Assembly: GCA_015064635.1 (NCBI GenBank)
Contig: SVRV01000007.1
Location: forward strand, 20,602 to 84,601
Direction: 5' to 3'
DNA length: 64,000 nt
From: Oscillospiraceae bacterium
GTDB lineage: Bacteria > Bacillota > Clostridia > Oscillospirales > SIG627
This document shows, one piece after another, positions 44,357 to 54,284 of this stretch. Below the pieces are notes generated by a model. The model was not told the origin of the DNA. It saw nothing but the letters and a program-made list of their open reading frames with translations, and searched no databases. Made by a program: the position numbers and the translations under genes. Every line of letters begins with the position of its first letter. Within the stretch, counting starts at the first letter, position 1.

Positions 44357-45517
44357 ATGAAAAAACTCGCCCTTCTCGGCTCTACGGGTTCCATAGGAAC
44401 ACAAACCGTAGAGGTAGCACGGGAAAAAAATATAAATATAACTGCTCTTGCGGCATATTCAAACATAAAGCTTCTGGAGGACCAGATTCGTGAGTTTTCA
44501 CCCCGCCTTGTTGCGGTTGTGAACGAAGAAGCGGGCAAGGAGCTTCGTATAAAAGTCTCGGACACCGACACGAAGGTGCTCATAGGCGAGGATGCGGTAA
44601 CAACCGTTGCCGAGGAATCGGATGCAGACATTCTCCTCAACTCCCTTATGGGGCGTTGCGGTATCAGACCGACAGTTGCAGCCATTCGCTCGGGCAAGAA
44701 TATTGCAATGGCAAACAAAGAGCCTCTTGTGGCGGCAGGTGACATCATTCTCGACGAGGTGAAGCGTGCGGGAGTACGCCTTTTACCCGTTGACAGTGAG
44801 CATTCGGCAATATTCCAATGCCTTGACAGCGAGCATAACTCAAAAAAATTTATAAAAAGACTCATCATCACAGCCTCGGGCGGCCCTTTCTTCGGAAGGA
44901 CAAGAGCAGAGCTTGAAAAGGTGACTCTTGCAGATGCCTTGAAGCATCCCACCTGGTCAATGGGGGCAAAAATAACCGTTGACTCGGCATCTCTTATGAA
45001 TAAGGGACTTGAGGTTATTGAGGCTGTACGCCTTTTCGGTGTACCTGCCGAAAAGATAGACGTCACCGTACACCGTCAGAGTATTGTGCATTCTATGGTG
45101 GAGTTTGTGGACTCCTCGATACTTGCTCAAATGGGCAACCCAAACATGAAGCATTGCATAGCATTTGCTCTCACCTATCCCGAAAGGCAGTCCTCTCTTT
45201 GTACTCCCCTTGACTTTACAAAAGCCTTTTCACTGACCTTTGACACTCCCGATGAGGACACCTTCACTCTTCTGCCCCTTGCAAGACGTGCTGTCACAAT
45301 GGGCGGAAATGCACCTGCTGTTATGAACAGTGCAAACGAAGAAGCCGTATCTCTTTTCTTAAAAGAAAAAATACGCTTCACCGATATATTCACTCTTGTG
45401 GAGGAAGCTGTAAACACCCTTCCTCATCAAAGTACCGTGACTCTTGACTCCCTCGAGGAGGATGACGTGCTCGCAAGAGAATTTGTGAATAGAACTGCGA
45501 AAAGCATCATACACTAA
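44357..45517 (+). CDS. dxr: 1-deoxy-D-xylulose 5-phosphate reductoisomerase
   Basis: LLGSTGSIGTQT N-terminus. Confidence 0.92.
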   Translation: MKKLALLGSTGSIGTQTVEVAREKNINITALAAYSNIKLLEDQIREFSPRLVAVVNEEAGKELRIKVSDTDTKVLIGEDAVTTVAEESDADILLNSLMGRCGIRPTVAAIRSGKNIAMANKEPLVAAGDIILDEVKRAGVRLLPVDSEHSAIFQCLDSEHNSKKFIKRLIITASGGPFFGRTRAELEKVTLADALKHPTWSMGAKITVDSASLMNKGLEVIEAVRLFGVPAEKIDVTVHRQSIVHSMVEFVDSSILAQMGNPNMKHCIAFALTYPERQSSLCTPLDFTKAFSLTFDTPDEDTFTLLPLARRAVTMGGNAPAVMNSANEEAVSLFLKEKIRFTDIFTLVEEAVNTLPHQSTVTLDSLEEDDVLAREFVNRTAKSIIH

Positions 45518-45544
45518 CTTGAAACACTGTCTCGGAGGAAATCA

Positions 45545-46570
45545 ATGATTGTAATTAAAATACTGGTCGCTTTACTGTTTTTTGGATTCATGATACTTTC
45601 TCACGAATTCGGTCACTATATCACCGCCCGCATTTTCAAGGTGGGTATAAATGAATTTGCCATAGGTATGGGACCGAAGCTTTTATCCAAAACAAGTAAA
45701 AAAACAGGCATCGTTTACTCACTGCGTGCCATTCCCATTGGAGGATTTGTAAGCCTTGTGGGAGAGGACGAGGAAAATGACAGAGAAGACTCCCTTAACA
45801 AAAAAGCATGGTGGAAAAGATTTATCATACTCGGTGCAGGCTCATTTATGAATATCCTCACTGCGGTAGTTGCAATGTTCATTCTTCTCTCACTGTCGCC
45901 CTATTATCCCAGCACCACCCTTGCCGAGGTGGAAAGCTCTGTCCTTGCGGAGTACGGTGCTGCGGAGTATGACAAGATAGTGGAAATTGACGGCGAAAAA
46001 ATGAGCGTTTTTCAGGATGTATCCTACAAAATAGCCTCCGACGGTGCCGAGCCTCTTGACATAACCGTTGAGCGTGACGGCAAGGAAATCGTCCTTGAGG
46101 ACGTGCAATTCAAAACCGAGGAGGTAGAGGGAATTCTGTGCGGCGTTATAGACTTTAAGGTCTACGCCAAGGAAAAAACCTTTGGCACTCTCGTAAAAGA
46201 AGCCTTTATGCAATCCTTTTCAACGATAAAGATAATATATTCCTCTATTGCCGACCTTTTTACGGGCAAATACGGACTTGAAGCTGTTTCGGGACCTGTC
46301 GGTACGGTCAATGTAATTGCCGAAAGTGTGAGTCTCGGATTTGAAAGCATACTTTACCTTTTCGTATTTATAAGCATGAACCTTGGAATCTTCAATCTTT
46401 TGCCCATCCCTGCCCTTGACGGCGGAAGACTTATATTTGTAATAATCGAGGCTATCCGAGGAAAGCCCATAAAGCCCGAGCACGAGGGAATCGTTCACGC
46501 AGTGGGAATGATAATACTCCTTGCCTTTATGGCTGTTGTAGTAGTAAGTGATATAATAAAACTCATATAG
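45545..46570 (+). CDS. rseP: RIP metalloprotease RseP (M50)
   Basis: HEFGH zinc motif, PDZ-like middle region, multi-TM. Confidence 0.88.
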   Translation: MIVIKILVALLFFGFMILSHEFGHYITARIFKVGINEFAIGMGPKLLSKTSKKTGIVYSLRAIPIGGFVSLVGEDEENDREDSLNKKAWWKRFIILGAGSFMNILTAVVAMFILLSLSPYYPSTTLAEVESSVLAEYGAAEYDKIVEIDGEKMSVFQDVSYKIASDGAEPLDITVERDGKEIVLEDVQFKTEEVEGILCGVIDFKVYAKEKTFGTLVKEAFMQSFSTIKIIYSSIADLFTGKYGLEAVSGPVGTVNVIAESVSLGFESILYLFVFISMNLGIFNLLPIPALDGGRLIFVIIEAIRGKPIKPEHEGIVHAVGMIILLAFMAVVVVSDIIKLI

Positions 46571-46579
46571 GAGCGTCCT

Positions 46580-47656
46580 ATGAGACAAATAAAGAGAAAA
46601 ATAGTTGCAGGACCCGTGGAAATAGGCGGAAATTCCCCCATTTCCGTACAGTCAATGATAACCGCCGACCCTCACGACAGAGAGGCGTGTGTCGGACAGA
46701 TAATGAGACTTGCCGAGGCAGGCTGTGATATCGTGCGCTTTACGCTGCCCGACCTTGAGTCGGCAGAGCATATCCCATATTACAAAGCATCTCTTAAAAA
46801 CAAAAAGACGGCTCTTGTAGCAGATATACATTTTGACTACCGCATAGCACTTTGTGCGGCAGAAAAAGGAATTGACAAAATACGCATCAACCCCGGAAAC
46901 ATCGGAGACGAAGAAAAGGTTGCCGCAGTTGTAAATGCCTGCAAAGAAAGACGTATTCCCATAAGAATAGGCGTAAACAGCGGCTCACTTGAAAAGGGGC
47001 TTCTGGAAAAATACGGTGCTCCCACCGCAGACGCTTTGGTTGAATCGGCTTTGAAGGAGATTGAAGTTTTTGAAAGACTTGACTTCCGAGATTTTGCAAT
47101 ATCCGTAAAATCCTCCGACGTTGCCACTATGATTGATGCTTACAGAAAGCTTTCGGAGAAGACAGAGTGCCCCCTGCACCTTGGTGTAACCGAGGCTGGA
47201 ACGCTCAAAAAGAGCCTTATAAAATCATCGGTTGGAATAGGAACACTTCTTTCCGAGGGAATAGGCGATACGATACGTGTGTCAATTACCGACGATGTAC
47301 TGGAAGAAGTTATAGCAGGACGTGAAATTTTATCATCTCTCGGACTTTGGGAGCGAGGCTCATTTGACCTTACCTCCTGTCCCACCTGCGGAAGAACGAA
47401 AATTAATCTTGTGGAAATCGCCAAAAAGGTGGAAGCCGCACTTGAAAAGATACCTCCCATAGAAAACCGTAAGATACGAGTTGCGGTTATGGGTTGCGTT
47501 GTAAACGGGCCCGGTGAGGCAAGAGAAGCGGACATCGGCATTGCAGGCGGTATCGGTGAAGCCTTACTCTTTAAAAAGGGCGAGCCGATTTGTAAGCTTC
47601 CCGAGGACAAAATTGTTGAAGTATTGATTGAAGAAATAGAAAAAATGAGGAATTGA
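46580..47656 (+). CDS. ispG: 4-hydroxy-3-methylbut-2-en-1-yl diphosphate synthase
   Basis: 358 aa GcpE family with the C-terminal Cys cluster CPTCGR. Confidence 0.92.
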   Translation: MRQIKRKIVAGPVEIGGNSPISVQSMITADPHDREACVGQIMRLAEAGCDIVRFTLPDLESAEHIPYYKASLKNKKTALVADIHFDYRIALCAAEKGIDKIRINPGNIGDEEKVAAVVNACKERRIPIRIGVNSGSLEKGLLEKYGAPTADALVESALKEIEVFERLDFRDFAISVKSSDVATMIDAYRKLSEKTECPLHLGVTEAGTLKKSLIKSSVGIGTLLSEGIGDTIRVSITDDVLEEVIAGREILSSLGLWERGSFDLTSCPTCGRTKINLVEIAKKVEAALEKIPPIENRKIRVAVMGCVVNGPGEAREADIGIAGGIGEALLFKKGEPICKLPEDKIVEVLIEEIEKMRN

Positions 47657-50600
47657 AATTGGAAATAGAAAAAAACAGTATATCCCTTGCCGAAAAGCTT
47701 TCCAAATATCAACCCGAGGGAATAAAAAAAGCCCTTCTTGAGGGAATATATTCCTATAAATGCGGTGTAAACAAGGAAAAGAGGACTATCGTAATACATA
47801 TTTCCTCGGACAAGCTTTTTCAAAAAAGCCTTCTCTATGAAATAGAAAACGAAATCAAGGCGGCGTATGATCTGACCGCCTGCTTTCTGTTGCCCCATTA
47901 CGAGAGTAAGCTTTTTTCGGAAGGATATTACTCCGAGCTCATCACCGAGCTGAAGCGAAATACCGCCTTTGCCAACGGCTTTTTTGACGGAGGCAAGATG
48001 GTGCTTGAGGGAAACACTCTCACCTTTATGCTTGACGGAGGGCTTGGAAAGTTACCCCAGGATGCGGAATGTGCGAGAATTATCTCGGACATTATCAAAA
48101 GTGAATTTGACCTTGCTCTGGATGTGTCGATAAATGATGCATCTCCTTTCGACATGGATGCATATATTGCCCAGTCCCAGCGTTCAATGCCCATGCCCAC
48201 TGCTCCCGAAAAGAAGGAGGAGGTAACACGTGAGGCTGTCTATTCACTCATGGAGGCATCCCCTGTGGAGGAATCCGAGGAGTCGGAGGAAAAATCGGAA
48301 GGCGGAGTCCAAAGCTTCCGCTCAGGCTTCATGGAGTTCGACCTCACCGAAAAAAGCGTTATCTATGGTAAGGACAGGAAGAAGGAAACTCCTCTTTGCG
48401 CAATAAAGAATGTATTCGGCGCAGAGCAAAAAAAGCTCATTGCCGTTTGCGGAAAGGTATTCTTTGCCGACAGCAGGGAAACACGCTCGGGAGATAAAAC
48501 TATTGCCACTGTACAGATAACCGACGAGGAATCATCGGTATCCATAAAATTCTTTTGCTCCACCGAGGCTTGGTCCGAGGCAAAAGGCTCTCTCAAGCCG
48601 GGAAATGTTTTGCAGGTAATCGGTCAGGCAGACTTTGATAAATTTGATAACGAAATAGTTTTAAAGCCTGTAACCGTCTATAAAATCTCAAGTAAAAAGA
48701 GAAAAGACGATGCACCCGAAAAGAGAGTTGAGCTTCACATTCACTCACAGCTTTCGGCAATGGATGCGGTAATCGCACCTGCTGATATTGTAAGCACCGC
48801 CCACGCCTGGGGACACCGTGCCGTAGCAATCACAGACCACGGAAACGTACAAGGCTTCCCCGATGCAATGCTTGCGGCGGAAAAGCTTGGTATGAAGGTC
48901 ATCTACGGACTTGAAGCGTATTTCGTTGACGATACCGCCCGTGCAGTATACGGCGAATCAAACGCAAGCTTCGAAAAAGATACGTTCATTATATTTGATA
49001 TAGAAACCACAGGTCTTTCGGCACTCACCTGCGGTATTACCGAAATTGGTGCCGTAAAATATCAAAGCGGAAAAATACTTGACCGCTTCAACACCTTTGT
49101 AAACCCCGATATGCCCATTCCTCAGAATATAGTTGAACTCACCGGCATAACCGACGATATGGTAAAGGATGCCCCCGACACCGAAACGGCAGTCAAGAGC
49201 TTCCTTGATTTCTGTGAGGGCAATATTCTGGTAGCACACAATGCAAACTTTGATATGAGCTTTATCAAGAAGGCTTCCGAGGATTATTCCCTTGATTGCC
49301 AAAATCCTTACCTTGATACTCTTGCTCTCTCTCGTCACATCAACACAGACCTGAAAAAGCACAAGCTTGATACCCTTCAGGAATACTACGGTCTTGAATC
49401 CTTCAATCATCACAGAGCATGTGACGATGCGGAAATGCTGGCAAAAATATTTGAGTGCATGTGTCAAAAGCTCAAAAAAGAGGGTATTGCAAACATTTCG
49501 GATATGATACTGTCAATGTCCGAAAAGACCGACCCCAAAAAGCTACGTCCCTATCATATGATAATACTCGTAAAGAATCAGATGGGTATGATGAATCTTT
49601 ACCGTCTTGTTTCCGAGTCTTATCTCACATATTTCAACCGTTTGCCCCGAATTCCCAAAACACTCCTCGAGCGCTTCCGTGACGGACTTATAATAGGCTC
49701 GGCGTGTGAGGCGGGTGAGCTTTATCAGGCAGTGCTTGCAGGTAAGGGAATGGGCGATTTGCTGAAGATTGCATCCTTCTACGATTACCTTGAAATTCAA
49801 CCTCTTTGCAACAATGCTTTCATGATTGAGAACGGGACAGTTCCCGACGAGAATAAGCTCATTGAAATAAACAAATCCATAATTGAGCTTGGCAAAAAGG
49901 CGAAAAAGCCAGTTGTTGCCACCTGTGATGCTCATTTCCTCAATAAGCAGGACGAAATCTTCCGCCGAATACTTGTATCGGCAAAGTTCTCGGATGCAGA
50001 CCGCCCCAATCCTCTTTATTTCAGAAACACAGAGGAAATGCTTGCCGAATTTTCCTATCTTGACGAAAAGACGGCGCATGAAGTTGTTATCACTAACACA
50101 AATCTCATCGCCGATATGGTGGATGACGAAATACGCCCAATTCCCAAGGGCACCTTTACACCCAATCTTGAAGGCGCTGAAGAAGACCTTCAAAATATGT
50201 GCTGGACAAAGGCAAAGAGCATCTACGGAGACCCTCTTCCCGACATAGTTTACAAGCGTCTTGACAAGGAGCTGACCTCCATTATCAAGAACGGCTACGC
50301 CGTGCTTTACATCATTGCTCAAAAGCTTGTTAATTACAGTGAAAGCCAGGGTTATCTTGTAGGCTCACGTGGCTCGGTTGGCTCATCCTTCGTTGCTTCA
50401 ATGGCGAGTATATCCGAGGTTAACCCTCTGCCTCCCCACTACTACTGTCCCGAATGTAAATACAGCGAATTCATAACCGACGGCTCGGTTGGCTCGGGCT
50501 TTGACCTTCCCGACAAGACCTGTCCAAAGTGCGGTGCTGCTCTCAAGGGTGACGGACACGACATCCCCTTTGAAACCTTCCTCGGCTTCTACGGAGATAA

Positions 50601-52029
50601 ATCCCCCGATATTGACCTTAACTTCTCGGGTGAGGTTCAAGGCAAGGTACATAAATACACAGAAGAGCTCTTCGGAAGTGAAAACGTATTCCGTGCGGGA
50701 ACCCTTGGCACACTTGCCGAGAAAACCGCATACGGATTTGTTTTAAAATATCTTGAGGGCAAGAATATTTCCATGCCAAAGGCGGAAATGAATCGCCTTG
50801 CCAACGGTTGCGTTGGTGTAAAGCGTACCACAGGACAGCATCCCGGCGGTATCATAGTTGTACCACGTGAAAACAGTGTATACGAATTCACTCCCGTACA
50901 GCATCCCGCCGATGACCCGAATTCCAGCACTATCACAACGCACTTTGCTTTCTCCTATCTTCACGATACAATTCTTAAGCTTGATGAGCTCGGACACGAT
51001 ATTCCAACCAAATACAAAATGATTGAAAAGTACTCGAACACCAACATTATGGAGGTCCCCATGAACGACCCCAAGGTTTACGAGCTTTTCAGATCAACCG
51101 AGCCCCTCGGAGTCACTCCGGAAGACATCGGCTGTCCCCTTGGAACGCTGGGACTTCCCGAGCTTTCCACAGACTTTGTTCAGCAGGTTCTTGTCGAAGC
51201 CAAGCCCAAAAACTTTGCAGACCTTTTGCAGGTTTCGGGACTCACCCACGGTACAGACGTGTGGCTGGGTAATGCGCAAGACCTTATCAACGAGGGAATA
51301 TGCGACATTTCAAAGGTTATCGGAACCCGTGACGGTATCATGCTTGACCTTATAAACTACGGACTTGAAAACAAGCTTTCCTTTGACATAATGGAAAAGG
51401 TTCGTAAGGGTAAGGGACTTACTCCCGAGCACGAGGCGGCAATGAGGGAAAAGAACGTACCCGACTGGTACATTGCATCCTGTAAGAAGATAAAATACAT
51501 GTTCCCGAAAGCTCACGCTGCCGCTTACGTAATGAGTGCCATTCGTATCGGCTGGTATAAGATTTATATGCCCGTATCCTTCTATGCAGGCTTCTTTACA
51601 GCGGCACCCGGCGGATTTGATGCGGGAATTGTCCTTGGAGGACGTGCAAATGTTGTGCGTTTCATTGCCGATGTAAAGGCGAATAAGCACGAGGCAAGCC
51701 AAAAGGACCTCTCGCTCATTCCAACTCTTCAGCTTGCAAACGAATGTATGTGCAGAGGTATACCCTTCCTGCCCATTGACCTTAAAAAATCCCATTCACA
51801 TCACTTCATACCCGAAGGAAACGCAATACGCCTTCCCTTCTCAACACTTGGCGGTGTGGGTGATGCCGCAGCCGACAGTATATACGAAGCAATGAACACC
51901 GGTGAACCGATTCTCTCCGTTGAGGACCTGCGCACACGCTCGGGAATATCCAAGGCGGTAATTGATACACTGCGTGAATTCGGTGTACTTGGAGACCTGC
52001 CCGAGACAAATCAGATAACAATGTTTTAG
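47653..52029 (+). CDS. polC: DNA polymerase III PolC-type
   Basis: 1458 aa with an exonuclease domain (FIIFDIETTGL) and PHP/polymerase domains. TTG start; TTG at 47659 is an alternative with better RBS spacing. Confidence 0.92.
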   Translation: MKLEIEKNSISLAEKLSKYQPEGIKKALLEGIYSYKCGVNKEKRTIVIHISSDKLFQKSLLYEIENEIKAAYDLTACFLLPHYESKLFSEGYYSELITELKRNTAFANGFFDGGKMVLEGNTLTFMLDGGLGKLPQDAECARIISDIIKSEFDLALDVSINDASPFDMDAYIAQSQRSMPMPTAPEKKEEVTREAVYSLMEASPVEESEESEEKSEGGVQSFRSGFMEFDLTEKSVIYGKDRKKETPLCAIKNVFGAEQKKLIAVCGKVFFADSRETRSGDKTIATVQITDEESSVSIKFFCSTEAWSEAKGSLKPGNVLQVIGQADFDKFDNEIVLKPVTVYKISSKKRKDDAPEKRVELHIHSQLSAMDAVIAPADIVSTAHAWGHRAVAITDHGNVQGFPDAMLAAEKLGMKVIYGLEAYFVDDTARAVYGESNASFEKDTFIIFDIETTGLSALTCGITEIGAVKYQSGKILDRFNTFVNPDMPIPQNIVELTGITDDMVKDAPDTETAVKSFLDFCEGNILVAHNANFDMSFIKKASEDYSLDCQNPYLDTLALSRHINTDLKKHKLDTLQEYYGLESFNHHRACDDAEMLAKIFECMCQKLKKEGIANISDMILSMSEKTDPKKLRPYHMIILVKNQMGMMNLYRLVSESYLTYFNRLPRIPKTLLERFRDGLIIGSACEAGELYQAVLAGKGMGDLLKIASFYDYLEIQPLCNNAFMIENGTVPDENKLIEINKSIIELGKKAKKPVVATCDAHFLNKQDEIFRRILVSAKFSDADRPNPLYFRNTEEMLAEFSYLDEKTAHEVVITNTNLIADMVDDEIRPIPKGTFTPNLEGAEEDLQNMCWTKAKSIYGDPLPDIVYKRLDKELTSIIKNGYAVLYIIAQKLVNYSESQGYLVGSRGSVGSSFVASMASISEVNPLPPHYYCPECKYSEFITDGSVGSGFDLPDKTCPKCGAALKGDGHDIPFETFLGFYGDKSPDIDLNFSGEVQGKVHKYTEELFGSENVFRAGTLGTLAEKTAYGFVLKYLEGKNISMPKAEMNRLANGCVGVKRTTGQHPGGIIVVPRENSVYEFTPVQHPADDPNSSTITTHFAFSYLHDTILKLDELGHDIPTKYKMIEKYSNTNIMEVPMNDPKVYELFRSTEPLGVTPEDIGCPLGTLGLPELSTDFVQQVLVEAKPKNFADLLQVSGLTHGTDVWLGNAQDLINEGICDISKVIGTRDGIMLDLINYGLENKLSFDIMEKVRKGKGLTPEHEAAMREKNVPDWYIASCKKIKYMFPKAHAAAYVMSAIRIGWYKIYMPVSFYAGFFTAAPGGFDAGIVLGGRANVVRFIADVKANKHEASQKDLSLIPTLQLANECMCRGIPFLPIDLKKSHSHHFIPEGNAIRLPFSTLGGVGDAAADSIYEAMNTGEPILSVEDLRTRSGISKAVIDTLREFGVLGDLPETNQITMF

Positions 52030-52563
52030 CATAACGCTGTGCGTTATGCAGTGAAATGTTTTGACGTTGTCAAAACGTGAAATTCACCTTCGGTGAGTGA
52101 AATGTGACTGAAGTCACATGAAATGTTTGCTTCGCAAACGTTAAGGTTGATTTTCTTCGAAAATCTTCGATTGATTATAGCGGACCGTCGAGGACGCCGG
52201 TCCCTACAAATGTATTTGTTGCAAAAGTGGGTAAAGAGACGAAAGTGAGTCGAGCAGAAAGCAAAGTATTGCGAAAAAAGACGAAAAAATTTCAAAAGGT
52301 GGGAGTTTTGGAGGGAAAATCGCGGAGTGCGAAGGCGTCGGCGTACTTATGTACGCCAGTCCGAGCAACACGCGAAGAAAATGAAATTTTCACTGATGGA
52401 GAAAACCTTTGGTTTTCAACAAAAGAAGAAATGCTTTGGGGAGCGATTTGTTCGCACTACAAAAGCGTGGGAGTGAACACAGCCGAAAATAAACAACTAT
52501 TTCATTTTCGGTTTTCACCCAAAAATCATCACCGTACGATAACTAAACTTAAAGGAGACATAC
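52029..52563. repeat. Intergenic mosaic hairpin element, locus E (largest; polC/GH43 spacer)
   Basis: A hairpin/GTGAAAT array at 52029..52165 starts on the last base of the polC stop codon. Further hairpins at 52183..52204 and 52348..52365 and around 52399..52421 and 52482..52511. The terminal 5' UTR/RBS cassette (52507..52563) is ~90% identical to the one in front of argJ. Confidence 0.9.
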
Positions 52564-53421
52564 ATGGAAATATTGCAGGGCGCTGACCCTTTCATCCTTC
52601 TTCATGACGGAAAATACTACTGTTACCCCACATCCGACTCACATAACGGATACATCGTTTACGAATCCGACGACCTGATAAACTGGACAGACCGAGGATA
52701 CTGTCTCGTAAAGGATGATGTTATGGGTAATGACAACTTTTGGGCGCCGGAGGTAACCTATTATAACGGAAGGTTCTATATGGTATATACCGCCAATCTT
52801 CACCTTGGGATAGCGGTCGCCGACAGTCCTTTAGGTCCCTTCAAGCAGACAGAGAAAAAATGGTTGAGTGAGGACAGAGCTATTGACGGAAGCTTTTTCA
52901 TCGACGATGACGGAAGCGTCTACCTTTACTATGTGGGATATAACAATCCGGGCGGTCCCATATGTGTAAACCGCCTGTCAAAGGATCTGCTTTCCTTTGA
53001 CAGTGAGCAAAAGGTGCTCATCCGTCCCACTCAAGAATGGGAGCTTGTGACCGCCTACGAATATGAGGGTCAAACCCTTTGCGTAACCGAAGGACCTTTT
53101 ATGCTGAAGCACAAAGGGAAGTATTATCTCTCCTACTCCGCAAATGACTATCAGAGTCCGTCCTATGCCATAGGATACGCTGTTTCCGACTCTCCCATGG
53201 GTGATTTTATGAAGTATGAAAATAATCCGATTCTTATAGGAAGCGGTGAGATTCAAGGCACAGGTCACCATTCCTTTACTACAACAAAGGATAAAAAAGA
53301 GCTGATATGTGTTTTTCATGCACATAACAGCAAAACCGAAATTCATCCGAGAATGACACACATCCTACCCGCAAGGTTTGTAACCGAAAACGGCGAGGAT
53401 GTGCTGAAGATATCAAATTAA
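52564..53421 (+). CDS. GH43 family glycoside hydrolase
   Basis: 285 aa with ADPFILLHDGKYY, FWAPEVTYYNGRFYMVY and EGPFMLKHKGKYYLSYS. Confidence 0.85.
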   Translation: MEILQGADPFILLHDGKYYCYPTSDSHNGYIVYESDDLINWTDRGYCLVKDDVMGNDNFWAPEVTYYNGRFYMVYTANLHLGIAVADSPLGPFKQTEKKWLSEDRAIDGSFFIDDDGSVYLYYVGYNNPGGPICVNRLSKDLLSFDSEQKVLIRPTQEWELVTAYEYEGQTLCVTEGPFMLKHKGKYYLSYSANDYQSPSYAIGYAVSDSPMGDFMKYENNPILIGSGEIQGTGHHSFTTTKDKKELICVFHAHNSKTEIHPRMTHILPARFVTENGEDVLKISN

Positions 53422-53455
53422 ATTAATGCCGAGGATAAATCTCCTCGGCATTAAT
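53422..53455. terminator. Bidirectional terminator between GH43 and ispE
   Basis: 13-bp perfect stem ATTAATGCCGAGG / CCTCGGCATTAAT. Confidence 0.75.
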
Positions 53456-53456
53456 T

Positions 53457-54284
53457 CTATGTTATAAGCTTATAAACTTTTCCGCATTGTTCAGCCTTCT
53501 CCTTATCGTCAAAGAAAGCCACAAGTGTAGGTCCCGCACCCGACATAACAACACCGAGAGCACCGCCCGAAATAAGTCTTTCTCTCTCCTCTTTAACCTC
53601 GGGAGAGGAAGCGAAAACAACACTTTCAAAATCATTGAAAACCGAGCCTGCCAGAGCCTTAATGTCGCCGGCTTTCAAGGCATTTATTACAGCTTCGTGG
53701 TTGTGGCTATCAAGTGTACTCCCGAAGGCATCAAAATCTGAATACACCTTTCCCGTGGACAGCTTTTCGCCCACCTTTGATATAACAAGCCACAAGCCGT
53801 CAAGGGAAGCACATTCGAGTTCTGTAATTTCATCACCTATGCCTCGGCACATACGAGACTTTTTGTTGAAGCAAAAGGCAACGTCCGCACCGAGAGAAAC
53901 CGCAAGCTTCTGTCTCACATCCGCATGAAGCTCACCGAAGAGCAGCTCGAGGCATTCAATGGTTGCGGCGGCATCCGCCGAGCCTCCACCCATGCCCGAT
54001 GCTGTCGGAATATTGTTTTCAAGGTGTATATCAACACCCTCACCGCTGATTCCTTTGGCATCAAAATACAGTTTCGCCGCCTTTGCACAAAGGCTGTCCT
54101 CCTGCGGAATAGTTTTATCGGTAGAGGAAAAACGGATACATCCAATGTCGTTTCTCGATAAGGTGACCTTATCTGCAAGAGTTGCTCTTGCCATGATGCT
54201 GGTGAGGTCATGGTAGCCGTCGGGACGCTTTTTGCCTATTTCCAAGGTGAGATTTATCTTGGCATACGCATATTTCTCTATCAT
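53457..54284 (-). CDS. ispE: 4-diphosphocytidyl-2-C-methyl-D-erythritol kinase
   Basis: 275 aa GHMP kinase (AKINLTLEI, PTASGMGGGSADAAA). Confidence 0.9.
   Translation of the reverse strand: MIEKYAYAKINLTLEIGKKRPDGYHDLTSIMARATLADKVTLSRNDIGCIRFSSTDKTIPQEDSLCAKAAKLYFDAKGISGEGVDIHLENNIPTASGMGGGSADAAATIECLELLFGELHADVRQKLAVSLGADVAFCFNKKSRMCRGIGDEITELECASLDGLWLVISKVGEKLSTGKVYSDFDAFGSTLDSHNHEAVINALKAGDIKALAGSVFNDFESVVFASSPEVKEERERLISGGALGVVMSGAGPTLVAFFDDKEKAEQCGKVYKLIT

Noticed and set aside
52029-52165. The GTGAAAT-spaced arrays (also 11394..11516) considered as a CRISPR array
   Set aside because: The constant unit is only 7 nt. The variable units are 13-21 nt, self-complementary, and partly shared between loci. 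No cas genes or leader are present. This is not CRISPR.
52227-52586. 119-aa + strand ORF inside locus E
   Set aside because: It lies entirely within repeat-element DNA, has no RBS, is low-complexity and overlaps the well-supported GH43 start. It is probably not coding.
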